This document shows, piece after piece, positions 24,666-36,394 of a stretch of 64,000 nt of DNA. Position 1 is the first letter of the stretch; each line of letters opens with the position of its first letter. The notes beneath the pieces are model-generated. The model saw only the letters and a program-made list of their open reading frames with translations, was not told the DNA's origin and did no database searches. The position numbers were made by a program, and so were the translations under genes. The stretch lies in NCBI GenBank assembly GCA_950097015.1, contig CATNEN010000007.1, positions 6,944,001 to 7,008,000 on the forward strand, written 5' to 3'. The DNA is from Macrostomum hystrix (taxonomy: Eukaryota; Animalia; Platyhelminthes).

Positions 24666-26543
24666 TCAAGCCACCAGTCCGTATCGCCACTTGGCCTGCA
24701 CACGGCGTCGTCGTCCGCGGCTCCTCCGACTGTGCTTGGCAACATCGGCAGCCGGCATCACCTCCAGGACTGCGGGGCTTCGCTGAACATCCAGCCGCGC
24801 GACTCGAGCCCGGCAGAGGACGCAGCGGACGGGCAAACGGCGCTCGTCGATGGCCACGCGGACTGTGCGCAGGAAGCAGGGCCGGCAGATGGCCGAATGA
24901 CCGCACGGCTGCGTCAGCACCGCGGTGGGTCGGGACAGGCAGATGGCGCACTGGAACAGAGTTGTCGCAGATGGCGATGGACTGAAGGCTCGGATGGAAG
25001 GGTCGGGAGCTTGTCGTGCAATTTACCCCTTGAGAGCCAACCCCCCCAGGTGTTGTGTAACGATCGATATTTGAGTGTACGGTCTTTCTCTCTCTATCTT
25101 CGGTGCACTCATTCCCTGTCCCTCGCTTACTGTTATGTAAATTTATCACACTGAAGAATTGGTTCACTCAACAATAATTATATTGACGCTTGTGCGCTGT
25201 TGCTGTTTGAGAGCTTTCGTAGCTTGCACTGATCTTTTTACATAGCACAAGGGTCAGTGAGAGTGTGAAATGCCTGACTGCCTGATCAGCGAGGACTGAT
25301 CTACACACCTGTGTGAGTGCTTGCCTGCGTCATGCATTCGTGAAGTGTGTGTGCTCAAGGGTCATGAGTCGGCAGAATTGCCACCGTGCTGTGCTGCGGG
25401 TCGACTCTAGCCAAATTATGCGCCATTGTTTACAGCCCTTTAAAAAAAGATTATTTTATGGTAATCAAACTCTTGAATGACCGTTTGCTTTACATACCAG
25501 CTGCTCATCGGAAAAATTAAATTTCAAATCTGGTGGCACCTTCTCTTCAAGCTCTTCTAGCAGCTGGTCCTGTAGGATTTCGGGCGATTAATTTAGTGCT
25601 TCTTTTATTGCATATTTACTCATTTACTCACTTTCAAATATATTTCACTTTCGATAAATAAAAAGCCCAGTCTCGTGCCCAGCCTCCCAGCCGCATCGTG
25701 TATGCGTCCACGGGATTCAAAGTACTGCAGATTATCGACTGACACATCAGCTGGAACAGGATTATCCAGCGGGGAAGCTCCGACTGCCACAGAGAGTCAA
25801 TCCTGCAGCTCTGCAGCTCAAGTGTCGGATGGATTAAGCGAGAAAATTGGCAAAAGAAGCTGCAGGATCCCGTCGGGAACCCGTGTGACACTTTCTCCGA
25901 TGCCGCTGGTAAGCAATCATGTGAGCCTGAGTCTCTTATGTCTGAGATGGAAATTTTAGAGTTCCCATTAAAAATAGGGTACTTGCATGAACGAGTACCT
26001 CACTATAACATTCTTGCGCGTGCTTGTCGATGCAGCCAAAAGTGTTCGGGTAAATTAAAGAATACTTAATTGTGTTCAACTGAAAGTGAGAACTGTACTA
26101 CTACAAACATTATCCAGTTATACTACTTAATTCCTACGTAATTAATTTTTTGTTTTTGTTGATTTTTATGAAACTGCACAGGTAAAATGAGATGAGGGTT
26201 TTGTCCTAATGTACTAATGCGATGCTGCACCCACAGGGTAAGCTTTGCTGGAACTGCCTACTGTGTGATATGAATTGCACCATGCGCAAATGTGAGAGCT
26301 CATTGAAACTTTTTGCTAGGCAATACTCACTAATCTCTGCCTGAGTCCACGCAGCTCTTGGCTAGCATCTGACGACGACGCGGCTCCCTCGCCAGATGGC
26401 GCGACCATCGGCGGCGTCAGCCAGAGCTGCTCTGGCCGCTGTTGCCGCTGAGGCTCTTCGGAGTGCGCCGCAGTCTTTTGACACCCTCGGCGAAATGTAA
26501 CAGCGGAGCGAAAGGATTTGAGAGCCGCTAGCAGGATGGACAT
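24666..26543 (-). CDS. Small RING-HC (C3HC4, IAP/Neuralized/Mind bomb-type spacing) protein, about 189 aa
   Basis: Exons (-): 26543-26331, 25569-25498, 24950-24666, all phase 0 with GT-AG. RING is CAICLSRPTAVLTQPCGHSAICRPC...CVLCR. Confidence 0.8.
25000..25442 (+). mobile_element. 5'-truncated, diverged SINE family 1 copy interrupted by an insertion
   Basis: cttgtcgtgcaatttacccct...ccaac and tacacacctgtgtgag...ggcagaattgcc...cagccct match the copy at 10777. Confidence 0.7.
25051..25247. mobile_element. Probable solo LTR (197 bp) nested in the SINE
   Basis: TGTTGTGTAA...TTACATAGCA ends (TG..CA, imperfect inverted repeat), flanked by ccagg/caagg (5-bp TSD with 1 mismatch). Confidence 0.55.
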
Positions 26544-27778
26544 TGGTGAGGGATCCTAGAGGCTGTGGATGGCTAGGCCACAATAGCTTCTTCAATAAAA
26601 CCTCAGCAGGTCACTAAATTATTTATTATTTGCAATGCAGCTCCGATGAAAGTTGTAACAGAGGAGCGATTGATAAGATGCAAGTCCATCGCATCTGATT
26701 GGTCAAGGATCGCAGTGAATAAGCACACTTCCAATCCTGTACGGCGGATAAAAACTATTTTGTACCGCATGCTTCGTCTTCCTATATTGCGGCTGCCAGA
26801 CAGAGTAGATAGTCAAACCTCCACTTACTGTGCTCAATCAGCACTCACAAGATAATTTGAACAAGTCAATCGAAGTGACGTCAAATCATACTCATCTTTC
26901 TCACCACAAAATATAATAGATCTCTGCACGCTTTTCTTTCGCACTTACTCAAATCTCACCATCCTCGGTTCTTGCTGTTTTAAAACCATTGATTTTTCAG
27001 TAAACTTATGGCTCGTCGTAGACTCGTCGTAGACTCGTCGTAGGCTCGTCGTAGACGTTTGTACACCGACTTCGAAAGCAAAAAATAACTTCTGCTGGAT
27101 CTTTTTGCACTCTAATTGCAGAAAAATGGTGACAGCAAACGAGTAGGATATTTAAAGCAATTTAAATTATATTTTGAGCACATGCAATTAAGGTCTTTGT
27201 TGACAATGACAATTATTTTTTACTTTTACTTCAGCATACACTTCGCCAGACATTATTGACTTGTTGAAGTTCACTTTTACAGTGCTTGTACTCTGTTGCA
27301 TGAAGTGCTTCGCAAAAATGGATGTTACTTTTAATTTTAGCAGCGCATGTAAAAAGAATTATGTAATTTCTGTCATAAAAATTAGTTTGTTAAATCAATT
27401 TTACAAAGTTGATTAAGATAGCGAGTATCAACCAAGCGACAGACAGTAGTATCACGGATAGTGAATCTGATATTATTAATTTTGATTCGGGTGGGTATAC
27501 TGACGCTAACATCTCAATGGAGCACAAGGGAAGAACGGAAGAATGTAGGCCTCAAAGTTTGAAATTCTAAACCCGTCTCACACCGGACAGCTCATAGATT
27601 AGTGCGTAGAGTCAAACCTTGAATCTGGTGTCCAAAGTGTTCTCCCAGCTTTCGGGTTAGAGCTTTGATTTCACTTGAGCACGGGTCTCAGCAGAGAAGA
27701 TATCGCAAGCCCATCAAACTGTGGAAACGCAATAGCACTGTTCGTATTATCAAGCTCCAGCATACGCTGCTTGCACTG

Positions 27779-30548
27779 CTAGAGCTGCTTCTCCTTCAGA
27801 CAGTTGGTGAACGTCTGCGCCGGTGGAAACTTTGTCGACGATTTGAAGAGGAACCTCTGGCTCCAGGCAGCAGCTCCACCGCTAAGTTGGGGCTGCGGGA
27901 CATCTCCGAGGGGCGACTTCGGTGGCAGCGGTGGCGGGCGTCCCCTCTGTTGCGGTAGCGGCGACGGCGGCGGCGGCGGTTCGAATCGTCGAGGTGTCGC
28001 CTCTGATCGAAAACTCATCGACTGACCTCGGGCTGATGGCTGACCCGTCGAGGGCTGCGGAGCTCGCGTTATCGGTTGACCTCCTACTGGCTTGAGACTG
28101 GCCGGCGGCACTGGCGGTGGGACCGTCCTTAAAGGCTTTTCACTCATCGTGGGGGAAATCAGGGATGGCGAAGTCTCTCGACTTCCGAGTGCCGGCTTGA
28201 GACCCGTCGAGGGAGCCGGGGATGGCTGAGTCGCCTGATCTCCGCGTCCAAAATTGGGTTTGAGACTCATTGGAGGTACCGGGGGCGGCCTTGAAGCTGA
28301 CGGGATGCAATCTTTCGGTGGCAATGGCGGATGCTGAGTCGCTTGGCCACCTGTGAATGAGGGCTTCCGACTTGCCGACGGCACTGGCGGAGGTTGAGTC
28401 GCTTGACTTTCTGTGAATGAGGGTTTCCGACTTTCCGACGGCACTGGCGGAGGTTGAGTCGCTTGACCTCCAGTGAATGAGGGCTTCCGACTTGCCGACG
28501 GCACTGGCGGAGGTTGAGTCGCTTGACCTCCAGTGAATGAGGGTTTCCGACTTGCCGACGGCACTGGCGGAGGTTGAGTCGCTTGACTTTCTGTGAATGA
28601 GGGTTTCCGACTTTCCGACGGCACTGGCGGAGGTTGAGTCGCTTGACCTCCAGTGAATGAGGGCTTCCGACTTTCCGACGGCACTGGCGGAGGTTGAGTC
28701 GCTTGACCTCCAGTGAATGAGGGTTTCCGACTTGCCGATGGCACTGGCGGAGGTTGAGTCGCTTGACCTCCAGTGAATGAGGGTTTCCGACTTGCCGATG
28801 GCACTGGCGGAGGTTGAGTCGCTTGACCTCCTGTGAATGAGGGCTTCCGACTTGCCGATAGCACTGTCGGAGGTTGAGTCGCTTGACCTCCTGTGAATGA
28901 CGGCTTTAGGGCATTAGGGAATTCCTCGGCAGAACGAGAGTGTCGAAGATTCTTCGATCCAGAGACCGAAGGAGGCGCCAGCGATGCGCACGGCTGGTGC
29001 GGTGTCACGAACTCAGGACCTCTAGCTGTTGCACGAGTTGATCTGGCCTTCTTTAGCTGCGCCAGCAGCTCCTCCTGTAACCCTCCGCCTCCGCCTCCGC
29101 CTCCACCTCCACCTCCGCCTCCGCCTCCGCCTCCACCTCCACCTCCGCCTCCGCCTCCGCCGCCACCAGTTTCGTTGGTCAGTTTTGAATTGCCTGGAAG
29201 CAGCATTTTTCGGAGGTGGTTGTTTATTAGTGCATTCTTAAGCACAACTAACATTCTGTCTTAGGTGTTGAACGAAATCACAGATAAAAGAGACTATTTT
29301 GACTCTGGCCTGCAGGCAGCCTTTTGGATAACTTAGCCAGGAAAAATGGCGGGCTTAGGGTCCACTGTATAGTTTGAAAATCGGTACACTTCATTATCCA
29401 CCCACAATAAGTTGGGTGGGGTGGGACCCATGGGTAAGAAAATTAAGCTTAGAGGGTAAGATGACCAATCAGAGGGCGGTGCCAGAACGCCAGCAGAACC
29501 AGGAAGGAACGCGAAGAAACAGTGAAAATGTTAAAGAAAGCTAGACTAGATGTTCGCTTTGCATGTTCATTTAGCTCTGCATTTAGTATTATTGTCGGAG
29601 TAAGCCCCAGCCTTCCTTGTTGATACGTTTGAACTTCTCGTATCTACGAAATTGTGCGCTTGTGCTGGTGTAATTTTTGCTATTTTAATCGTTGGCTACG
29701 ATAATATTAATATCATTAATTATATGTAGAGTTGGCTCATAAATAACACATTTGTAGCTTTACGAGCTAGAATAGCTGAAAATCACGAGCACATTCATTG
29801 ACCATCAGAAGTTTCAGTTATCAAAATTTGTCAAACTGTTTATCAGCAACATTCAATTAGATATTTTTAGTTCATTAGTGAAGGCGCCATCAACATTATG
29901 AGCCGGCAGAACACTTGCTTTTCACGCACACGGATACCGTACGCAGGCACACACTCACACACTCCCTTTCTCATCGACAGCCCCACGTTCACTGTGCCTT
30001 GGTGGGAATCTGCCAGCAAGGGCGTAAATTGCACGACAAGCCCCCAAGCCTTCTCTCCGCGGCTGCGCTCCAAATGAATATGGCCTCGCTTCGGATTCGA
30101 GCTCAAGCCTTAACGGTCTGCCACTGACCCCCCTGCATGGGGGGCAAACTTATTAGGGATGGCTAAATTCCTTTCATTTTATGGGTTTCAAAAGCCTGCA
30201 CCTTTAAGAGATATAAACTCATGGAAGGTGAAATTTAGGAACGTCCTAAATTTATAAATTTAGGGGGAGTGAAAGCGACCGCCTCAACGGTCCGAAGATT
30301 CACTGGGAAGAATTTTTCAAAGAGCACAAAACCCCACCTGCAGCTGGCTTGCCAGCAGGGCGGCGTCCGCCCTGGGATGCGGGCAGGGCGCCGCTTCTGT
30401 CGTTCTTCTCGCACTCTGGCACTTTGCGCAGCCTGGCGCCCTTTTGAATGTCGCCGAGCAGCGCGCCACGGCCGGCCACACGGGCTGCTGGCGCCATCGG
30501 CGGCGGTGCCGACGGCGGCGGTGGAGGCGGCGGTGGCGGTGGCGGCAT
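27779..30548 (-). CDS. WIPF: WASP-interacting protein (WIP/verprolin family), about 541 aa
   Basis: Exons 30548-30338 and 29193-27779 (phase 1). N-terminal poly-Pro plus WH2 (GRGALLGDIQKGARLRKV...NDRS), poly-Gly, Pro-rich body, and a C-terminal WASP-binding-like motif WSQRFLFKSSTKFPPAQTF. Confidence 0.88.
28325..28908 (-). repeat. Coding 60-bp tandem repeat (KPSFTGGQATQPPPVPSASR, 9 full copies plus 1 partial) inside WIP
   Basis: In-frame 60-bp periodicity. Confidence 0.95.
29870..30133 (-). mobile_element. SINE family 1 copy in the WIP intron
   Basis: The reverse complement reads ggggtcagtggcaga...gcgcagccgcggagagaaggcttgg...cttgtcgtgcaatttac. Confidence 0.8.
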
Positions 30549-31124
30549 CGTTTCAATGAAGATGGACAATCGTTGTCTATTGCTCCTCGAACTGGATGGG
30601 CCACTGCAATCAAAAGCGAAAAATCTTCAGACTTTCAAAGTTCTTCCGTTTAATTCTCGCACCATTGCGAATGCAGCTAAATATTAGCATTCGAGCTGTC
30701 TTTGTACGTATGCAGTCGGCCCATCCTGGCCCATGAACTGGCCATTCGCTATCGCACGCATCAACATGCGCTCCGCGGGTCCTCTCCGCGCTCCTTCTGA
30801 CTCATGTTGTGTCGCGCTTGGCGCAGTCGAAATAAGTTTAGCTTGTAAAATTGTCTTTATGCGCAGCCGCAGTGGTATGGCAGCAATTTTAGTTGCTTAT
30901 GAAAGCGCAGCCCAGGCTACCAGTACAAATAAACGCAGCTGAGGTTATTCACGCATTTGTAAGCTTAAGTTTATCATGCGAAGATTAGTACGGGGTTGTA
31001 TATACGACAACCAGATTTGCAAAATTGTGACGTGAGCATGAGTGCATTAAATTCAGTTGCCCTTTATTGGTCCATTATTATAAGTACACAGGGACTAATA
31101 AGTAGTAAGTAGTATAAGTTGTAG

Positions 31125-31250
31125 CTTGAAGCTGGTGGTTTCGATTCCCAACTCCACTGGAGCAATTTGCGTCCTTCTGAAAGACACTCAGCTCTGCATT
31201 GATTCATTTCACCCAGCTGTTAAATGGGTACCAGCATTAGCTGGAGTAAG
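31125..31250 (+). mobile_element. SINE family 2 (CORE-like) fragment
   Basis: B-box ttcgattcc followed by ttcacccagctgttaaatgggtaccagcattagctgg. Confidence 0.65.
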
Positions 31251-31541
31251 TTATTACTTGTAGTTAATCATCAGTCATCAACTTCTGATGATTTCACTCA
31301 AGGATAGTCAGTAATACAAAGTAATGAAATAAGCAACTAAACCTTTAAGCATGTCCAGCAGCTGGAATTCGGAACAGAATTACAAGTAATATATTAACTG
31401 TGAGCAGTTTTATTATTTTCTCTAGAATTCTTGATATAAAAATAAAAAACTAAGAGCTAACCTGGGAATATAGCGACATTGCCATTCGGGTAGGCAGTTA
31501 CATGTGTACATTTATAAGTATTTATCTGTTAGCGGTCGCAT

Positions 31542-33367
31542 CCTGTAATAAAATGAATGTCCTAGCTGGAGCGTGAGGAATTTAAAGCCAGCGACTATTC
31601 ACTATTCACCGGGGTCGGTGTCCTACCAATCGTTTCAATAGCAGCAGGGAATCTGGAATTAAATAGCGTTAGAGACTGTACGTGGTAGCGAGCGAAGCGG
31701 AATAGATAAGCGATGAGACCCCCGTGTCGTCCTCCGGTCCGGCGAAACTCCCAATGAAAAAAAGAATAACACAGTATGAACACGATCGACTCGAATAAAT
31801 TGATTGGGAGTGATTTAATCAGTTCTGACTCGCTAAGATTCCAGATATGAGTAGGAATTGATTTTAATCTCGTTTACTTGCTCAAATTGACTAAAAAGTT
31901 ACACTGACAGAATGAGGATGTTCACACGGAAATAAATTATAGCGCGCTCACAGTGAAAAGCAAAATTTGGTCTAACAAATTGGGTATAACAATTTTACTT
32001 AAACTGGCCTAATCCGCGCCCTACTCTTCCCGAGAGGCTCCGGTTGTCTCTGCTTTCAGCGCTGCCCCGACAGATCCTATCGGTTGGCACACCTTGGGCG
32101 TGGTGGGCGTCCGCTTCCCCGGCTTGTAGTGTCAGCTTTTTTGCCCTTCTATTTCCCCGTGTTATTATTCAGTACTTATTTTTAGACACGTGTGTTTTGC
32201 TAAAAGTCACCCACGCCAAGCCGGGCCGGACCAGCCGGGGGAACGGACGCCGACCACCCCGCGAGCGCTACCCCTGGGCTACAGTCCCGGCCAATCAGCG
32301 AGCGACCCGGCCTCACTATCTGTCTACCCTCGGCAAGAAGCTACCCCGGGGCTCAGAACGGCGGTCGCAAGTCTACTGTGATTTGTCGCCTTGGCTCAAG
32401 CTACAGCCAGGCATCCACCTCGCCGATCGACCTAATTTGGGGTTAAAATGACTCTATAAAAGGAAGCGTGTTTTTGCAGTGACTTTTATATCCGCAACTT
32501 TTACTTTTACGGACTTTTACTCCGCAATTCGCCTCACACTGTGAGAAGCACGTGCAAACTAAGTCCACTTGTTTTGTCCCTCCCCGCCCGACCACGCTCC
32601 GCTTGTTCAGTTAGGTAGCTTTCGGCGCTACGCGTCTTGAGAGTGCGCCGCTGACAAGGGTGGTCTAGATAGGCGCTTGTTGTCGAAGTCAGTACGTGCT
32701 CTCTTCGGAGACTCCGCCGTCAGGCAGAAGGAGTGGCAAACCGATAGGATCTGTCGGGGCAGCGCTGATAGCAGAGACAACCGGAGCCTCTCGGGAAGAG
32801 TAGGGCGCGGATTAGGCCAGTTTAAGTAAAATTGTTATATCCAATTGTTAGACCAGACTTGCTTCTCACTGTGAGCGCGCTATAATTTATTTCCGTGTGA
32901 ACATCTATTCTGTCAGTATAACTTTTAAGTCAAGTAAACGATATTCAAAGTAATTCCTATTCATATCTGGAATCGTAGTCACAGCCGATTAGCTCACTCC
33001 TAATCAAATTATTCGAGTCTTCGCGTTCATACTGTGTTATTCTTTTTCATTGGGAGTTTCGCCGGGCCGGAGGAACACTCGGGTCTCATCGCTTATCTAT
33101 TCCGCTTCGCTCGCTACCGCAGTCTCTAACGCTATTTAATTCCAGATTCCCTGCTGCTATTGAAACGATTGGTAGGACACCGACCCCGGTGAATAGTGAA
33201 TAATCGCTAGCTTTAAATTCCTCACGCTCCAGCTAGGACATTCATTTTATTACAGGCTGGTCCAGCCCGGCTTGGCGTGGGTGACTTTTGGCTAAAAAAA
33301 CGTGTCTAAAAATAAGTACTGAATAATAAAACGGGGAGATGGAAGGGCAAACAAGCTGACACTACAA
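31542..33367. mobile_element. ORF-less element with long asymmetric inverted repeats (A-d-B-d'-C-A'-B'); possibly a non-autonomous DIRS-like element
   Basis: A (31542-32095) is the reverse complement of 32728-33256. B (32124-32236) is the reverse complement of 33255-33367. d (32096-32123) is the reverse complement of 32234-32260. No TSD seen. The repeats are certain; the class is inferred. Confidence 0.55.
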
Positions 33368-33502
33368 TCCCACTCCACACCCTTAGTAATTCCTTCTGCA
33401 TTAGTTTAGTGCTATCAGGATCAATGGAGAGCTGCTTTAGCCCGTTCACTTGTGTGGCAACAATATAAAGTGTCCTTATTTATGTACTTTTTTGTGTCCT
33501 TA

Positions 33503-33740
33503 TTTGTGTCCTTTAGCACGACACTTAACTCTGCATTGCTTCAGTTCACCCAGCTGTTAAATGGGTACCAGCATCAGCTGGGATAATTAAAGGTGGGTGT
33601 GGCGTCCCCCAGTCCATGGACTGAACAGCTGTATGCAGCCTTCAGATGCGCCGCGCATTAGATGCGGCTGTGCTGTCGGCTGCACATCTGACCCAATTGG
33701 GGGCAGGTGTAATCAATTATTATTAATTATTATTATTATA
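33503..33740 (+). mobile_element. SINE family 2 (CORE-like), 5'-truncated, with (ATT)n tail
   Basis: gtgtcctttagcacgacacttaactctgcattgcttcagttcacccagctgttaaatggg resembles the CORE/MIR domain. The 3' part is shared with copies at about 37205, 43220 and 62230. Confidence 0.75.
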
Positions 33741-34494
33741 AGGCGCGTTCGAATAGAATATATAAGAGATCGACAAGAAATGAAAGAATACGTGTTGAGC
33801 CTACATTAGACATGCGATCATGCGATCTTAAGAATCCGGTACACACTTTTCATAAATTCAATTGGAGCCACACGGGCTCCACACGGGCATTGTGGAATGT
33901 GGATAAATTACGATGTAATTTAAGCAAATGTCAGATTTTTTTTATTAAAAAAAACTTTTAAAGTAAAGTTTTAAAAAAAAATGAACATCAACAAACACAG
34001 GATAAACATATTCTATAATTCACGTTAATCAAGAAAAAAATTTAACTACTTTTCGTTTAAACGTGTGAAGGTCTTACACCTTTTTGAACTTTCATTCTCC
34101 TCTATTCCGATTAATAGTACTTAAGGCTTGGTGTATTTCTGAATTGGGGCTGCCTGACACCAGATGGCATTTCTCTATATATGTCAAGTTTAAACTTATA
34201 AGTAAATTTTATTAAGTTTAATAATCTTTTGATTTATAGATCACAAAGCTGTATATTTAAAATATGTTCTCGCTTAACTAGAAAAAAATTGTACAGCAAT
34301 GTTTTAGGCCATTAGCTTGTAAATGTCTTAACGGCTTTCTTATTCTTTCTAAGTTGTCTGTCAAAACAGATCGTGTTTTGGTTGTTGCCATATATTGAAT
34401 ATAAAGTAGGTTATCCAAATGAGTCAATTTAATTTTAGCGAAAACCACACTGGCAACAGTAATTTTAATGGAAAGTGCAGACATTTTGGCATGT

Positions 34495-34565
34495 AATATG
34501 TAGTATGTAGTATGTAATATGTAGTATGTAGTAATATGTAGTAATGTAGTATGTAATATGTAACA
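34495..34565. repeat. (TAGTATG/TAATATG)n simple repeat
   Basis: Direct reading. Confidence 0.85.
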
Positions 34566-34798
34566 TGGCATATAATTACAATTAGGATTTTATTCAAGCA
34601 GTGCTTAACCCCACTGTAACAGTCCACTTCAGTAACAAATAATTTGTAAAATAATAATCTGACCTGACTTAGTTATATATCTATATGGTTTTTTAGTTTT
34701 CCATTGATTTAGTCTTTGGCATAACTATAGTTTTATTTGTTTAATTAGTTTTTCATTTTTAAATAAGCTGTTAATAAAGATTTATGACTGCTAGCAAT

Positions 34799-35070
34799 CA
34801 TACATGCACAACACCCGGCCGAACTGGCCGGGTAAAACAAGGGCCAAGCAAGGTAAGTCGCAAAAACCAATCAACCAAGCGCAAAAAAATCAAAGGGGGG
34901 ACCAAGGGACAAAAAAGGAAGGCATGAAGAAAAGGAAAAAGGGGAGAGAAAAAGAGAGCAAATGAGAGCAAACTAAGTCGTAAATAGAGCAATGAAACGA
35001 ACTAAGTTGCAAATGAGAGCAAAAACTAAGTCACACGGCCAGCTAAGATTTGGGAGGTTGCACATGTATG
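34799..35070. mobile_element. hAT-type MITE, copy 1
   Basis: TIR CATACATGCACAAC / GTTGCACATGTATG; perfect 8-bp TSD CTAGCAAT at 34791-34798 and 35071-35078. Confidence 0.92.
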
Positions 35071-35674
35071 CTAGCAATAAAACTGACAAACTGTGTCAAA
35101 ACAAGTAATAAAAAACTCATTGAACCATTTAGTTATTTAAAACACTAGTGATGATAGTAATGATTAACCAAGTAAAGAAAGAGACCAAAATAAACATAAT
35201 ATTTTTCAATATGTATATTTTCTTTTTTATAAAGTAACAATACAACAATTCTATTTTTCTTGTACTCCTCAAATATTTACTTTTGTATCTATTATATTCC
35301 TTTCTCTATTTGGCTTTGACAAATTAATTGATTCATTAATAATAAAATAAGGGAAGTCAGATATTATATGCTTTTAGCAACTGAAATTTGTATGTGGTTA
35401 AACAGTGCTTAGTGCTTGTTTTAACTTGTACTAGAGATTTTCAAAATATTGTTTTAATGAAATTGTTAAAAAATCTAAATTAAATTGAATTTGACCAAAC
35501 TCTACCATGGCCCTATATGTAGCTATCTGTTAACAAGTGTATTGTATTTTAATTTAGATAAAAAAATTGGATTTTACCTAGTAGAGTAAAACTATTATAT
35601 TACTCAAGTTTGTCTTAGTTGCTTTGTGTAAATAAATATTTACACAGTAAGTTATCAAATGCTAGTATATTTTA

Positions 35675-35955
35675 CATACATGCACAACCTCCCAAATCTT
35701 AGCCGGCCGTGCGACTTAGTTTTTGCTCTCATTTGCGACTTAGTTCATTTCATTGCTCTATTTACGACTTAGTTTGCTCTCATTTGCTCTCTTTTTCTCT
35801 CCCCTTTTTCCTTTTCTTCACGCCTTCCTTTATTGTCCCTTGGTCCCCCCTTTGATTTTTTTGCGCTTGGTCTATTGGTTTTTGCGACTTACCTTGCTTG
35901 GCCCTTGTTTCACCCGGCCGGTTCGGCCGGGTCGGCCGGGTGTTGCGCATGTATG
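35675..35955. mobile_element. hAT-type MITE, copy 2, in the opposite orientation
   Basis: Same TIRs; perfect 8-bp TSD ATATTTTA; near-identical to the reverse complement of copy 1. Confidence 0.92.
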
Positions 35956-36169
35956 ATATTTTAGGAGAGCTGACCTTGAGCTCCTTAATAGAATCCTGGC
36001 TGGTTTAAAATCTGGAATTATGTTTTTAGTTATGTGTGCTCTTCTATTAGATTTTAGTTAAAAGCCTAGTCTACTTATTACTAATACATTTATCTTTGCC
36101 TTTAAATCTTCAGGTGTCAGCTCTATCTGAATCTGAACTTGTTGACCTGCTTGTCTAGCAACAGTTGCC

Positions 36170-36394
36170 ATGGTGAACATATACAGCTTTGATGGCGTGC
36201 TGGTGGCCATGCTACTATTTATTTGCACCTGCGCCTACATGAGGCGAGTGCCAAAGCTGAAGGACTGGTGTTTTACGGAGAAGTCAGGCATCTGGGGCGT
36301 TATGTACAAGGCTGCAGTGATTGGCATTCGGCTGCATGTAGTTGTGTCTGTCAGCTGCCTGATCATGGCTACGTACCTCATATTTTTGCGATGA
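36170..36394 (+). CDS. TMEM167B: Protein kish-B
   Basis: 74 aa, [23 protein letters not shown]...[10 protein letters not shown], colinear with kish-B. Acceptor at 36113 upstream; AATAAA at 37023. Confidence 0.93.
   Translation: MVNIYSFDGVLVAMLLFICTCAYMRRVPKLKDWCFTEKSGIWGVMYKAAVIGIRLHVVVSVSCLIMATYLIFLR

Noticed and set aside
31711-31750. Hammerhead-like CGATGAG...CGAAAC in the inverted-repeat arm
   Set aside because: It lacks the CUGANGA core in both arms and has no stem III/UH site.
34799-35955. A single 1.15-kb foldback element, and the duplicated 64/67-aa hydrophobic ORFs
   Set aside because: Each arm has its own TIRs and TSD, so these are two MITEs; the ORFs are incidental.
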